64,000 bases of DNA from Basidiobolus meristosporus CBS 931.73 (taxonomy: Eukaryota; Fungi; Basidiobolomycota), in contig MCFE01000069.1 in the NCBI GenBank assembly GCA_002104905.1, positions 1 through 64,000 on the forward strand, given 5' to 3'. The notes under the pieces are model-generated. The model saw only the letters and a list, made by a program, of their open reading frames with translations, was not told the origin of the DNA and made no database searches. Shown piece by piece: positions 1 through 13,452 of this stretch; positions within the stretch are counted from its first letter, which is position 1; every line of letters starts with the position of its first letter. The translations under genes and the position numbers were made by a program.

Positions 1-961
1 TGCGTCTCCATTTGGAGATATCCTTGATATGCTGAATAGCAATAGTATAATGACGCCGACTAGTGGCAATCGGGTTGCACCAACTAGTCCGAAGATCACA
101 TTCAATTTTTGAGATGTCGAGGATAGAGTACCCTTTGGTAATATTTAATGCTGGTGATTATTTGTCGGTTACAATTCACTTCACGAATATTGTATATCTG
201 GTGAGAAATACTCTGGCCAACAGGTACAAATTTATACGCAACGTCATTTTAATCCGATCTGATTTGATCAGTTTGAATGGAATGGTCAAGTGCTTTGGTT
301 GTATCATTGCCTGAAATCCCATTTCAGGTCACAGCCAGTCACATCCCCGGAAAACGTAACTGAATTATCTAACCTATATCCGGTTAATGCAGACCTCTGG
401 GATCCATTTCTGGTAATATTCATAATTTGCTTAATAGGAGTCAAGTACATCAGCAGGCGAATACACCTCATCCAGTGTGTCACGTGGAGGGCGAGGGAAA
501 GATAGGGGTGCACTCACAAGGGGATTCCATGTTAATTCAGAGAGGTTACACAATTCAGCACAAACAGGCTTCATGATGATGGCATAGCATACTATAGAAG
601 AATCTAGATTCATCCTAGTGCTAGAGATAACTCCATTGATCTTATCTGTTTGGGACCACTATCAGTCAGACTGGTTGGGCAGTTGGAGTTGCTATACGCA
701 TACAACTATGCCATGCCTCCAATTGGATTTTATTATAGCTCAGCTTTCAATAACGCATGAGTGACAATTATCATACTTGAACGATACGACAGACTTTCAA
801 GAAATAAAAGATTAGAATACTATTCAACAAAAGGGTGAAGAATTTTGTACTATGGAAGTAATAAATCATTAAAAGGGTTTGATTGGAAATATGATGACAC
901 TGATAGCTATGGAGAAGGCTACTCAGTCCCGCAAGCCTGCTTCTTACGATTTCTAGATGAC

Positions 962-1964
962 CTATGTACCTGCTGAATATACACTTTTTTCAGATTCACT
1001 GCTACTGCGCTCATTCTGACTTGGGATTGGAGGTAGGTATTCGGATGCATTGGGCGCGATATGAGAGGCCAGTGCGACTAGCAACTGCGTATAATATCTT
1101 TGACGCCGGGCTCGCTCTCGTTCACGACGCTCCCTTCGTCGTTCACGAGCTTCCTCACGGCGCCTCGACTCCAGTTGTTGAGCCTCAATCCGCTCCTCCC
1201 ACCTACGTCTTTCAGATATCTCCTGGCGTATCAACTCAAGCACCTGATAAAGTGCGGACGCGTCTTCAGAACTTATCCTTTCACTTTCGTTGTTTGTGCT
1301 TCTCTGGTGAGCGAAATCACTCGGCTTAGAAGGCTGCCACGTACTTGAGGAATACCGAGTACGTATTACCGAGGATGGTGTGTTTGAGCGCTCGTTAGAG
1401 AAGTCGTGGTGGGCTTCCGTTGACTCGTTGTTGAATGAATATTGAGATGTAGATGTCTGGCCGGAATACGATAGAGGGTGGTTTGGTTGGTCTGGCCGAT
1501 TGTAAGCGGGGTGATAGGGTGAGTTACTAAGTTTTCTCTCCGAGTTCGGTGGAGGGGAGTCCAAGATTGAGGATAACGTCAAGCCCGGCTGCTTTACCAG
1601 TATATCTTTGATGTAATCGTAGTATGGGAATATTCGCTGTTGCTCGCCTTCACACAAGCCCTTCTGACTCTCAGCTCTCTAACCAGATAGAACTCAAATT
1701 AGCAAATGGAAAATAACTAATTGGCTATTCGTGGTTCTTGAGAGCCCCTACCTTGTATTCCGAGAGAAGGTTTTTCCATTTTTCTTTGCATTGCTTATCG
1801 GTTCGACTATACCCAGCTCGATTCAATCTCTCCGATAATTTCTTCCACAGAACTGCATTTCGCTTTACAACGCTAAATTCATGGTCCATATCCCGCCTTA
1901 GATCCATGAGCAGTTTGGTCTCCGCCGTTTCCCAAGATCTACCGGAGGTGGCTATGTTCAACAT
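962..1964 (-). CDS. Trihelix (GT-1-like) / Myb-SANT-like DNA-binding protein with C-terminal coiled coil; 2 exons (1964-1752, 1678-962), ~309 aa
   Basis: SWETAETKLLMDLR..LWKKLSERLNRAGYSRTDKQCKEKWKNL then FPYYD. A phase-0 GT..AG intron at 1751-1679 joins ORFs 1725..1964 and 962..1657 in frame. R/E-rich coiled coil near the C-terminus. Confidence 0.85.
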
Positions 1965-4850
1965 GAGTTCCTCCCGACAAAAGATGTAATACGATTTGTG
2001 TTATTATGCTACCCACTAAGTCGGGCCGAGGGCAATAGAAACAATCGAATAACAACAAGAGAGTGTGCGTATTTAAAAGAATAGGAATCCAGCCCGGCAG
2101 TATGTGGGTTTATATACCGAAGCATTGTCATCCTTTTATTTGGTTGGCCCAATTTAGGGCTCTGTCTTACCTAGGTATTTTCTTAAGTTAGAGAAGGGGA
2201 ACAAAGGGGATTTGATCAGCACACAAGTTGTCATACTAGAAACTCGCATGCGATGATGAATTTCAACAATTGGGGCTAGGATTGGGTTGGCTTTGAGTCT
2301 ATTCTTATTTCCAGTAATATACACCGCTTGATGCTGTTTTGGTAATCCCAGATAGTCCAATGATTTCCTATCCTCACACTGCAGTATAGATATGATAGAG
2401 CAATCCCACGTTGCCTACTTTGACCAAAGAAGCCGAATGTACCAACCTTCTATCGGTGTGCATATATTACTTGTGATCTAATGTTAGGAATTATTGTAAG
2501 CATAGCGATACGCATCACACATTTGCTAGCATAGATCTGAAAAACCTGGAATGAATGGATAGCTATATGAATTTATGTCAGCTACCATATCTGGTTAATC
2601 TGAGGATCCAAAACTCAGCATATTCCAATCTAACTCTGCCTGTCTAAACAGAGCATTAATTAACCCAGGCTGTTACCTCAGGTCTACGTCGAAGCATATT
2701 CCCATTGTTACTCCTAGCATAGCGTCGTTTGTAACGTGCATTCTACGTCGACAATGGATCGGCAATCCTTTACCCAGGTTGCAACCCAACGGTACCGCTA
2801 TTTTTATCCCCTTGCAAAGGCAGCTTCTCTACGCAACGCCCACGCTGGTATTCGCCGCATCGGGGCACGAACAAATTTTGCACTTGGAAATTGGAACCTT
2901 GGCCAATAGGCTGAGCACCAGGAATCCCTTATTTTAGATCGATGCTTACACCATTGGCCTAGATGCTACTGCTGAATAGCACACCTGTTCACAGATGTAT
3001 TAGTAGCTATCGGGAATTTGAAGTTTCCATCAATCGCGATTACTGATGGTTCACCCTGAGACAGTGGTTTCATGAGAACGTTAAATGGAAAACCGAGTAA
3101 GACTGTACATTTAGAGGATGTCACGCCTACCAAACTTACTGATTTTCGTTGCGTTTGTTTTCTGCTGGCAATCGACCACAGATGCGATGTGGAGTAATAT
3201 ACACATATATTGGCCACCGTCGCTTGAGTAAATGTACCAATGGTAAATCACTTCCTGAAAATGATATCATCCAAAACAACCAGCTTGCCAATGATCTTTC
3301 CTAGTGACGCCTCAGCTCACATTCAAATAGCATGCAGCAGTTTTAAAGATAAAACCACCCACAGCCCACTCGATCTAATGGATTCCAAAGACTGCTGGCT
3401 ACTGCAACAGCGACATGCCGAAAGAGTGCTTAGAGACTGAGACACCTCGAATTTAATGTATCACTTCGCCCTATTAAAAACGTGGTCACCTTACTAGGTT
3501 ACCTCACAATTACTAGGGGATCGACCTGCGATGTTGGTGGATGGCTTGCGTTGTTCAAGCTTCCCCGAGCTTAGACTTGCTCAGTCCAATACCGAAGCGA
3601 TCCCAATCCGTTATTAAAAACAATTAATGTAAGAGACACCTGGTTCCGCGTAGAGTGCTTGAGTCAATCCCATGCCTTCCAACCGTTCGCTTAGAAGACT
3701 CGAAACATACAAGATTTTTGTGTGCTCGTCATTGGCCCACCCGGCCGTCCTACTCACGGGCAACCGGTGTTTGTACCTCATTTGTACTACATAGATATCA
3801 GCCTCTGGCAACAGTGGTCAGACTGAAGATGATGAGACAACCCAATCGGATGTGCTTTTCTATAGATACGTCTCAAATCCCACCGCTTCAGCTTGCGTTT
3901 TACGTAACCTGGTTTTGCCAGTATGTTGGGTAGAGGAGATATCTGGACCCTGGCCAACTGATTGGCCAGCTACTGAGCGCAAATTGCAAGGGGCAAATAC
4001 GGGTTGACATGCTCATCCAAGTCAAGACCTTCTTATATCATGGTTATATCGCATTCAGCCTACCTGGCTAATATGGCAATTTAGGATACTCTACCCGCAT
4101 GAAGTGTTACATAACCCAATCTCAAATTCGGTGATACATATTTTCACATGGAGAAGCAGAGCAATCCACTGTGCCTCTCATGAAAAATCAATTTGTCTCC
4201 ATTCATTTAAGGAGATTGATGACATAGGCGGTTGCGAAGTGGTCACGGAGCCTAACGGATTCGTAATTAGTCCAGAATAGAGCACATTTCTTTTCTACGT
4301 CAGACACCACATTGAGTGCCTAATGCGAAACGACTAATCCGGCAATTGAATTGTCTATTGCTGGTTTAGAATATACCTACTCTGGCTGGTACAAAAACCC
4401 TTAAACGTTCCGAATGCCATTCAGCTTTGTATAGCGTTTCCATACCGTTTGACACCGCTTAAATACCAGGTTCACCCAGTGGGATATCGATGGGTCTCTG
4501 AGTCGATTATTAACGTGGGATAATTCCACCATGGCCAATGAGGGGTGAGGAGGCCAGGATTGTTCAGATTGGCGCAGATAACTGCCTGACAAGCCTATTA
4601 TCCTTGTATGTGCTGCATACATGGTGCCATGAATAGCCTGGTACGCTACGGTTTATATTAAACTCCTTGACCAACATCACTACGCCTACCCATGCTCATA
4701 CGTAGAGCATTTACAATGCTACTATAATCAGAAGAACAGAAACTAGCCAATCCAGAATGTCGGTTTATTGTACAACGGCTTCATGGCAATAAGCATCAGG
4801 CGGTAGGAAGTGAATCACGAAATAAATGTGTACTTTGAGTTGGGGGCCTA

Positions 4851-5684
4851 TTACCTTCTTTTTCTGCTGACGGGCAGCAACAAGCCCTTTTGATCTACTT
4901 GATTTTTCATAGATCTAAACAATCGATATCCGGCTATGGCATCCTTGGCAGCATAGAGGATGCTTTGTTTCGATAACTCTTTGTTGAACCATTGCTTATT
5001 TCTTACATCAGAGGGCTGAATCCCAACAGAGTATCGGTTACAAAGGCTTTTTAAGCTTGTCGCTTCATGCCCCAGACTTTTGGCAATACGATCAAGATTC
5101 ACTACACCGCGCACTAAAAGCTTGTATTGGGACCTCAACGCATGCGAGTCCCAGCTAGCACTCACTCCAACTTTCGAGACTTTTTCGTTCGCTAAGAAAT
5201 CATGAAATTCCGTAGGAAATACATATAGCTGAGTGGCTTCTTGGATATTCTTGAACACCAGAGGTATTCTTATCAATACACAAGTATCTTCTGTAGCAAA
5301 TTGTATCAAAGCAAGTTTCTTGATGGCGCGTTTGTTTGTGTTTAGTTCTGTAGAGCAATTACCCTTTGCATTCTCTTCGATGAAAACCTCTTTCTCAGTA
5401 TCAAAACCAACATAGTTGACTTTGTGCTTCTTGATTGAGAGTTGAAGAAGCTTTAATGAAGTCAACAATTCGGGCAGAGTTGAAACTATGTAGATCTTGA
5501 CTCCATCGTAGCTGCAGCATGGCTCTAATACTCCATTTTGAAATTCTCGGAATACTGTATAATCGCGACGAGTGATCTGCTGCTCAAAAAATGGGTATAC
5601 AGGGGGGAGCTTGGGGATTGCTGTATGCTGATGCATACATCTCTTGAGTAAGCTGCCCCGAGAGAAGCCAAGAGATCGTAGCAT
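4851..5684 (-). CDS. DEDDy 3'-5' exonuclease (WRN-exo/EXD2-like) with probable mitochondrial presequence
   Basis: ExoI VGFDTE, ALIQFA, ExoII KVGVSASWD, SLKSL, ExoIII YAAKDA. N-terminus MLRSLGFSRGSLLKR is basic and lacks acidic residues. Confidence 0.85.
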   Translation of the reverse strand: MLRSLGFSRGSLLKRCMHQHTAIPKLPPVYPFFEQQITRRDYTVFREFQNGVLEPCCSYDGVKIYIVSTLPELLTSLKLLQLSIKKHKVNYVGFDTEKEVFIEENAKGNCSTELNTNKRAIKKLALIQFATEDTCVLIRIPLVFKNIQEATQLYVFPTEFHDFLANEKVSKVGVSASWDSHALRSQYKLLVRGVVNLDRIAKSLGHEATSLKSLCNRYSVGIQPSDVRNKQWFNKELSKQSILYAAKDAIAGYRLFRSMKNQVDQKGLLLPVSRKRR

Positions 5685-6130
5685 TAGGGAGCCATCGAGT
5701 GAACAAAGTGTAAAAATAGCACAAAATTTGCTAGTAGCAAATAATGATCTCGTGCAGTGAAGATTATTATATAATGATAGTCACTCAGCTTGGATTCAAA
5801 TTTTTGATAGCTGATTAGTATAGCAAATATCAATGACGATCCCCGGGAAGAATATCCGGCCATGATGAGCAAGCAATCAGAACGCTCATCTTATTGATCA
5901 AGCTGGGGTTGTACAGTGAATGGGATTTATAAAGATCCTTACACCAACCCAACAGGGACCCAGGCCTCGGTTTCATCGTGATGTTCTTCGTGTCGTTTGC
6001 CAGGAATCCATTCGGTGGAAAGACATTGGAGTAAATTGGAAACATTAAAAACCCAGCCCTCCTCCAGGAAGTAAAACTCTCCAAATCTTCTAAATTATTT
6101 GCATCCAGAATGCAGTCTAGGATACCGAAG

Positions 6131-6628
6131 ATGATACATTCGTTTCGCCCATTACTAGTTGTTTGTTTGTTCGCACTGCTTGATGCCACTCGAGCTGACC
6201 CCACCACTAATGAAACTGACTTTCATCACAAGAGTAAACCATATCTTGCCGTCCTCATCATATCCGGCGTAATCTTCTTCTTGGCTCTCCTCACCATAGC
6301 ATGGCTAATAGCGAGACTTATAAAGCGCCGCCGTGTAAAGAAACAGCAATCGAAGCAAGTCGACACTTTACTCAGGACATTTCTGGATAACTGTGCCAAC
6401 AATGGGCCTATGCCAAGGGAGAGTGAGCTGGCTCCTCCATACGCCCCATCAAGTCCTAACACAACGCTGCCTGACAATATCGTCGATACGATCTCAGACG
6501 TGATCTGCCAGCAGTACTTGCAGAAAGCCAATTCAGCCAGGGATCCCAATGGAGAACATGTGAGGCCTTCGAATGTTGTCCGAACACTTTCCCTCCCTCC
6601 ATATGACCAGCCAGGCCGGCAAGCATGA
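6131..6628 (+). CDS. Type I single-pass membrane protein with PY-like motifs in the cytosolic tail
   Basis: Signal peptide MIHSFRPLLVVCLFALLDATRA, TM YLAVLIISGVIFFLALLTIAWLIA, basic stop-transfer KRRRVKK, then APPY and LPPY. Confidence 0.7.
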   Translation: MIHSFRPLLVVCLFALLDATRADPTTNETDFHHKSKPYLAVLIISGVIFFLALLTIAWLIARLIKRRRVKKQQSKQVDTLLRTFLDNCANNGPMPRESELAPPYAPSSPNTTLPDNIVDTISDVICQQYLQKANSARDPNGEHVRPSNVVRTLSLPPYDQPGRQA

Positions 6629-7346
6629 GATACAAGAAGCACCAACCAAGGTAACCGGCGCCTGCAGCACTGAAGGATTACTGTTCACCCGATTGAAAGT
6701 TGTACAAATCTTAGCCCTCTACCGTGATCTACCCCATGTCCATTTCACCAATAATCATATCTCAGTCTACTGTATATTTTCGCCCATCTTCTGGCTGATT
6801 CAGTGGCTGAATGGGGCAACCTGCCACATACGTTTCAAACCAATCCATCACTAAAGCATAAATTCTTAGCTTATCATAACCAAGCCTTGGACGGGTGCAC
6901 CAGGATAGGAGTAATCCGTTTGACTGCGTGGTGGTTTCAGACATCTTGAAGAGAAGTGTACTGTTGTACAAAGGCACTTTACGCTGGTCCAGATTGGTAT
7001 CGGAGCTGTTTGTTTGCTGACCGTTACTTCCACTCCCATACAGCATACTACAGGACTGAGCAACCGGTTAGATATGGATATTGCCCGTTGCCACATAAAT
7101 ATTGTTGAAGTGATTCTCGTGAATCCAATCTGCCCTGCTCAATTGAAGTCCATACCAGCGATAAGGGATTCCCATCCTCACAAATATGCCAGAAATAACA
7201 AGTAATAAACGCTATCTTTAGCATCCCCAGCTGATCATGAATCATGCAAACGAAGCATCCATTGCCATCCATTTGTACAGTAGATTGCATGAAATACAGG
7301 GAACACGTTTCCAGTGGCAGTATTGGAGTGTCTACTGTATCTATCT

Positions 7347-10300
7347 ATGGCTGGAAACCCCTCAGATTCTGAGCGAAGGCCTGCTTTATGTCTGAGCTTT
7401 ATGGAGGAATTCGATATTTACGAATCAAAAATCCACGACGATGTACAGGCTAAGCCTTGTTCATCGGAAAAATATGATGACCTCCTTTCGGATTGTGTGT
7501 GGGTGTGACTTCTAATCGTTGTGACTGTTTTTGGAGTCGCGATACTACTGGAAGAGTATCATAGGTAGGTGAATTCACCACGCGAACCCCAACCAAGCAT
7601 CACTTACAGCACTTCACGAACGAGCAATCAGTAAACGTGGTTTTCAATAGCTAGGCGCCATCAGAGTAGGAATGGGTTCAGTGGGTTTCAAAAACACCAT
7701 TGCTCACTTGAACCGATTCTCTTGTCATTCAGAAAGCTCCCAACTTTCTATATCGTTGGAAACCCAGATCTTTGAGAAGTCTCTACCTTTACCATCCTTA
7801 CCTCGTTTGACATATTAAAAGGTTGCTTAATCAGCCTTTATTGACTGGTATTTTTCCATTTCGTTTAACTAGAAAATCTGCACCCCTTGCTCTTACACCC
7901 TCAAAGAAAAAAGTAAGAATTCCAACAACGATCACACTTGGTACTTAGCGATCAAAGAACTAAACGTTTGCGTCCACTAGCTATGGAAATACAACGTCCC
8001 CCCTGAGCTTGTTGAGAAGTTGAATGAATCAGAAATCAAAAGGCAGGAAGTGATTAATGAGACGATAAATACGGAGGAAGAATACGTAAAGGATTTAAAG
8101 CTTCTAGATACGGTAACTAGCCTTCAAGCGAAAACCTTCTCCGTCAAGCCTAACCAGCTCGTTCATTCCTTCAGTTGTTTATAATCCCATTGCAGGAGTC
8201 ACGTATCGTGGACCCCGAAAAACTGGAGGAGTTCATCGCACGCGTATTTCAAAATTATCAAGACCTCCAGACTCTTCATATATGGCTGCTGAATTGTTTA
8301 ATAGAAAAACGGCAAAAAGGGCCGGTAATTAATATGATCGGGGATGTTTTTTCCCAATTTATCGAGAAGCTGGAGCCGTATGTACACTACGGAGTCGGTT
8401 TAGAGTTAGCACAGAGGAGTTTCGAGAATGAGTCGATTCAAAATCCTGCCTTCGCAGATTTTCTAGAGGTACTGCCGGCGAACTTCCATCGGTTTCTGAT
8501 ATCCTTCGCTAATGAAATCCTTGTTAGGGATGTGTACGGCATCCAGATGCACGAAGGCTGACGCTGCAAAGCTTCTTAAGTCGGCCAACATCTAGACTCG
8601 GAAGGTACGTCCTGCTGCTAGAGAATTTACTGAAGTATACGCCAAAAGAGCACCAAGACACGGCATTTTTGGAAAAATCTATTTTGGGCATCAAGCAGGT
8701 CATGACACTTATGAACGAAGAGGCGGGGAAGGTCAGCAACTCGCTGAAGCTTCAAGAGCTAGATGAAAAAATCCAGTTCAAGGATGGGGAGCATCGGGTA
8801 CTTGATTTTACATTCGCAATTAGTCGAGGCGGATTGGAACTCACTTCAAAAGTTTTAGAGTTTATGTTTAGGGGAGACGAACAGGCAATTGATAAGAGAC
8901 GGCTCGTTCAAAAGGAAGAACTCAGGGTTTCCTTTGAAGCTCTTTTTGTTTGACCATGTGCTATTGTTGACAAAGGAAAAGCAAGTAAGCGACTCGATCG
9001 AGTATCATGCTCTATGCAAGGTCATCTTTATTGAATGCTTCTCAAAACTCGATGCATGCCACTAATATGGTTCTTAATCAGCCAATACCACTGGAATTGA
9101 TCGCTCTGGAGCCTGAGGTTCAAGATTCATCCGATGCCTTTGAGCAAAATAAAGTCGGGTTCCCGTTCACCTTCACATCGCTGAGTAAACCTGGAGGGAA
9201 GTATACTCTATACGCGTCTTCCCCAGCCGAGAGGAAGCAATGGGTCAACAAGATCAATGAACAGAAGGATAAAAGGAAATCTGAGCGAGTGACCATCTTC
9301 GATACCATCACAACATCCAACATCACGTTTGATGCAAACTGTCAGATCAACTGTGCCACAACTTACGGTTTGTACTTGAAGATTACTGCACGAGTGGCCG
9401 TTATCCTGACTGTTATCTTAGTGAGTTACGACAACAGAAAGAAGCTCGTAATAGGCACTGATCTTGGAATCTATACTGGCTTTGAGGATGATCCATGTAG
9501 TTTCAAAAAAACTCACGAACTAGAACGTGTTCGACAGATCTACTTTTTGACTGAGTTCAATATGGTGCTGGTACTACAAGGTACTTGGAACGAGATCTGC
9601 TCGGTGATGCGTGTCACTTACCCTATGCCTGCAATAGATAAGCTCCTGGTTGTGTATTCTCTCGATGCGTTTGATTTCCCTGACTCTCCAGCCAACAGAC
9701 ACGGCCAGAAGCTGGCTTCTCACGTGTCCTATGTTAATGTTGGTGTGTGTGATGACCGGAAGACTGTGGTTTACATGAAGTTCCGTGGCCTCAAATCATT
9801 CTTCAAAGTTTTGGAGCCAGTTTCCATCTACCAGGGACGTCAAAAAACAGAAGGAAAGCTTCTCTGTCAAAGAAACGGCTTTGCTCTTAAACTGATGACG
9901 GTTGGAGCTTACAACTCACCTAATATCCATCGGAAGCTTGCTGACGCGTAATATCTCTCTAGGAATTCTACGTAGGCACTCAATCAAGATCAGTGAAGTT
10001 TCTGAAAAAGCGCTTGTACGTGGTGACCAGCCACTCATTCGAGATAGTTGATCTTGGGACATTGCATACCAACAAGAGTATGTTTACCCCCGGAAGCTTT
10101 GCATTCAATGGTGTATTAACCTCTCTGTAGGTATTCCTGATGTTCTTGATGGAACAAAGTATGATTTTCTAGAAAACCGGGAAGGCTGTCGCCCAATTGC
10201 AATGTACCGAACCAATGCGGATGAATACCTCGTCTGCTATACTGGTATTTGCCATAAATACGCGAATTATATCTTGATGGTCGTTCCCAGCTCAACTTTA

Positions 10301-10745
10301 AACAACTCCTGTAGAGGTGGCCTTCTATGTGAACAATTCCGGGAAAAGATCGAGGCCGAACTTTCTCATGGAATGGGAAGGTCGACCTACTGATGTTGGT
10401 ATGTGCCCATTGTATTATCGAAGCATAGTGCATATCATTTAGCTATCTGGTAACGTGATTTTATTGGAAATAGCGCTTTACTACCCTTACGTTATAGCTT
10501 TTGATGCGTCGTTCATCGAGATTCGCCATGTGGAAACTGGCTCACTTGAGCAGGTGATAGTATGTAACGGCCTAAAATGTCTGAGCAATGGTGAGAATAC
10601 CGGGGTTATCTATTGCGCCATGAGACCTAAACATGCCACGCACCAATGCGTTTTTCAACTGGACCTTCCCTCTTGGAAAACTTCGCCTTTTAGAAACAGT
10701 GAAGTGTTCGATAAATACATGTTGAGGCTTTACGACACGACATGA
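7347..10745 (+). CDS. Multi-exon RhoGEF, DH-PH-CNH architecture (Rom2/Rgf/Tus1 family); 5' end uncertain
   Basis: DH motifs EIKRQEVINETINTEEEYVKDL (~8030-8110) and LQSFLSRPTSRLGRYVLLLE; PH motif YTLYASSPAERKQWVNKI; CNH motifs LVIGTDLGIY and YPYVIAFDASFIEIRHVETG; many short GT-AG introns. Confidence 0.88.
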
Positions 10746-11307
10746 ATGGGTAACAAGGAGTTCGAGGAGATATGTGCTGACACCAAGATGCACTCGATTT
10801 TGGTTGTCGCCTGTTAGATTCCAAATCTAAATTGCTTGGTCTTCAAGATGGCAATGAACTGGCAACGGAGTTCGGGGGATACCTCAGATCATGAGGGTGG
10901 CTTCTGTAAAGGATTCATCTTACAAAGCCTTGGGGACACGCACGTCGTATGTCTCGAGTTGTGGATAAAGACCAGTTGTTCAGAATGTATAAGATCAGTT
11001 GATCAGCACCATCCCATATCCGATGGTACTGTATCAATCATCTCAAATACCTTGAGCTTTCAAGGTTTGTAATATGCTTTTGAATTGTATCTCCAATATT
11101 CCGCCGGAAGGCATTACATTGCCTGTTCATATTGGGCGCAACTGATACAAAAATGCCTATTCACCGCTTGAATCTTTTGTGCTAATAAAGTATGGCATTG
11201 TTCTATGATGAGTAATTATGGTTTGATCTTTATTTGGGTAACAGAGATTCGTGAGGTTGTGTAATTGATTAAATTCACGTCTTAATGACCAGAGGTGGGT
11301 TTCAGGT

Positions 11308-11918
11308 TCACACTTTCTCGTCAGCGGCTTCCGTACTACTATGAGCCTCCTCTTGGATAAGAGAAATATAACCTTCAGGACGACTCATCAGGCGATAGTA
11401 ACCCCAGGTGCGATAGGGAAATAAAATCTGTAGGGGACAAAGAGTTAGAGCTATTCAAGGAGAAATTACTTTGCCATCCACCAACACTAATGATCCATAA
11501 TACAGCCAAGCAAGCCATGTAGCCTATGAAAACACCACTTTCATCTGCTATGACATCTCGTATTGAATACAAATAGACACCAAGGGAGACGATAAGAAAG
11601 AAGTTTAGAGCGGTCACGACCCAGCTATACACGACGTACACCTCGATTAGTCGAATGTTTTTGCGCCAAGCCCCACAGAAACCAACAAAGCAGAGCAGTG
11701 CACATATAGACCAGTAGCCCGCAAAGGCATAGTGGAACTCGGACAGTTTTTGTGTGATAGCAAAATATAAATTAGTAGCCTACAGTGATTAGAAAAATAA
11801 GCAACTCGTTTCAGATAATGCCACTTCGAGTACTTACGAACATAGAGCCGCTATTTGTCAAAATGTAAGCTCGGGGGGTTGGTTCAGCAAAAAACTTATA
11901 GAATTGTGTGTTTCTCAT
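11308..11918 (-). CDS. Small 4-TM protein, array copy A (3 exons)
   Basis: 81-nt exon 1, phase-0 introns, GYWSICALLCFVGFCGAWRKNIRL, tail MSRPEGYISL..EKV*. Clear paralogue of copy B. Confidence 0.75.
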
Positions 11919-12503
11919 CGTGATGAAGACCTGGGTTTGAAATTATGCAGCAAACGCATTGGCTAGTTATGGTCATTTATAAGTATGAGGTTCAGTTTCT
12001 GAACTTCGGCTAGTTGCACAAGCATACTGCCATTCTAGATCCTAAATTTGAGCATTTTCATTTCGTTGTATTATTTGCTAATCCCCGTTTTGCGGTCACA
12101 AGCAATCAGGTTACAAACCAAAATACTGTACCACTTCGTATACATTATACATGTCAGATACAAGAGTAATAAACCAATAAGTGTAACCAGTTAGATAGGA
12201 AGGATGTGTTGTTCTTGAATGTCCAACACTCAATCAGTATACTTGACGGAGTTGCATCAATCGTCCCAAAAATCTTGAATTTCAAGTCTTGTAGGGTATC
12301 TGCTGAGCATCGCAATATTCCATCGAAAGCCATGGTCGTATCCGGAGTAAAATCATACTGCAGTGTTGGGTAACAGTTCAAATCGTTTGTCCTAACAAGG
12401 AACTGTGCCATTCTATGATGATTTTTACTGTCCCACTTTTATTTCGATAACAAACAGGGATTTGAAATGCTGTGTATTTGATGAGATTCCCATCGTTTCA
12501 ACC

Positions 12504-13121
12504 TTACACTTTCTCATTGGTTACTTCCGTGTCACTATGATCCTCCTCTTGGGAAAGAGCTATATACCCTTCAGGACGACTCATCCGACAAAAAGGAGCC
12601 CATATACAAAGCGGATTTACAATCTGTAGAGTAAAGTATTAGGAGCTGTTGAGGGGGAATTACCTTACGATTTACTTACACCAAAGATCAATAATATGGC
12701 CAGGAGAAGCATCTTCCTCAAGTCGTGGTACAGTCTAACCGTTAAAATTTCTCGAAACATGTAGATATTAATACCTACAGTGGTGATAAGAAAGAGGTTC
12801 ATGACAGCCAAGAACCAGCTATACACGACAAATATCCGGACTAATTGCATACTTCTGTTCCAAGCCCCACACAAGCCAACAAAGCAGAATAGCGCACATA
12901 TAGACCAGTAACCCTTGAAGAAATAGTCCTCAATATCACCAGAATTTTCTTGCCTGAACGCAAATATGGAATTGACAGCCTACAATTATTGGAATGATAA
13001 GCAACCACTTGTTTCAGACATTCACACATCAAATACTTACCACCCCAACAACGGTGTTTATTAAAAGGGAAATTCGAGGGTCTGGTTTAGCGGCAGGAGT
13101 CTCAAGAATTTGGCTCTTCAT
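12504..13121 (-). CDS. Small 4-TM protein, array copy B (3 exons)
   Basis: 81-nt exon 1 with GTAAGT donor, GYWSICALFCFVGLCGAWNRSMQL, tail MSRPEGYIAL..EKV*. Confidence 0.75.
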
Positions 13122-13452
13122 CGATTAAATTTGGGTTAGGAAATTTTGCTGCTGATACGTGGTCTACATGACTATTTATGAGTATAAAATCTTGGGCAAT
13201 TTCCATCTTGTGTATATGTGTTTTCTAGATCTCAATCAAGTCCCAAAGAAACCAGTTTACACCTCTATGGAAAGCTGCTGCACCGTTTTTCGATCATAAA
13301 AATTAGTTACTCAATAGGGTTTTGTTCTTGCTAAACCATTAACACGCATCCGGTACACTTCAAGAATAGAGCGAGAACCTATTTCACATACCATTTCAAT
13401 ATGACGTATGTGAGCAGTGTAGATTACAGGCTACATTTGAATACGAGGCCGA

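Noticed and set aside
1-613. Possible spliced minus-strand gene running off the window start
   Set aside because: Plausible splice signals, but no consistent frame or recognisable domain.
964-1348. Plus-strand ORFs over the trihelix gene, and similar shadows (25820-26167, 38242-38568, 40395-40739, 57519-58238)
   Set aside because: Antisense or alternate-frame shadows of well-supported genes or repeats.
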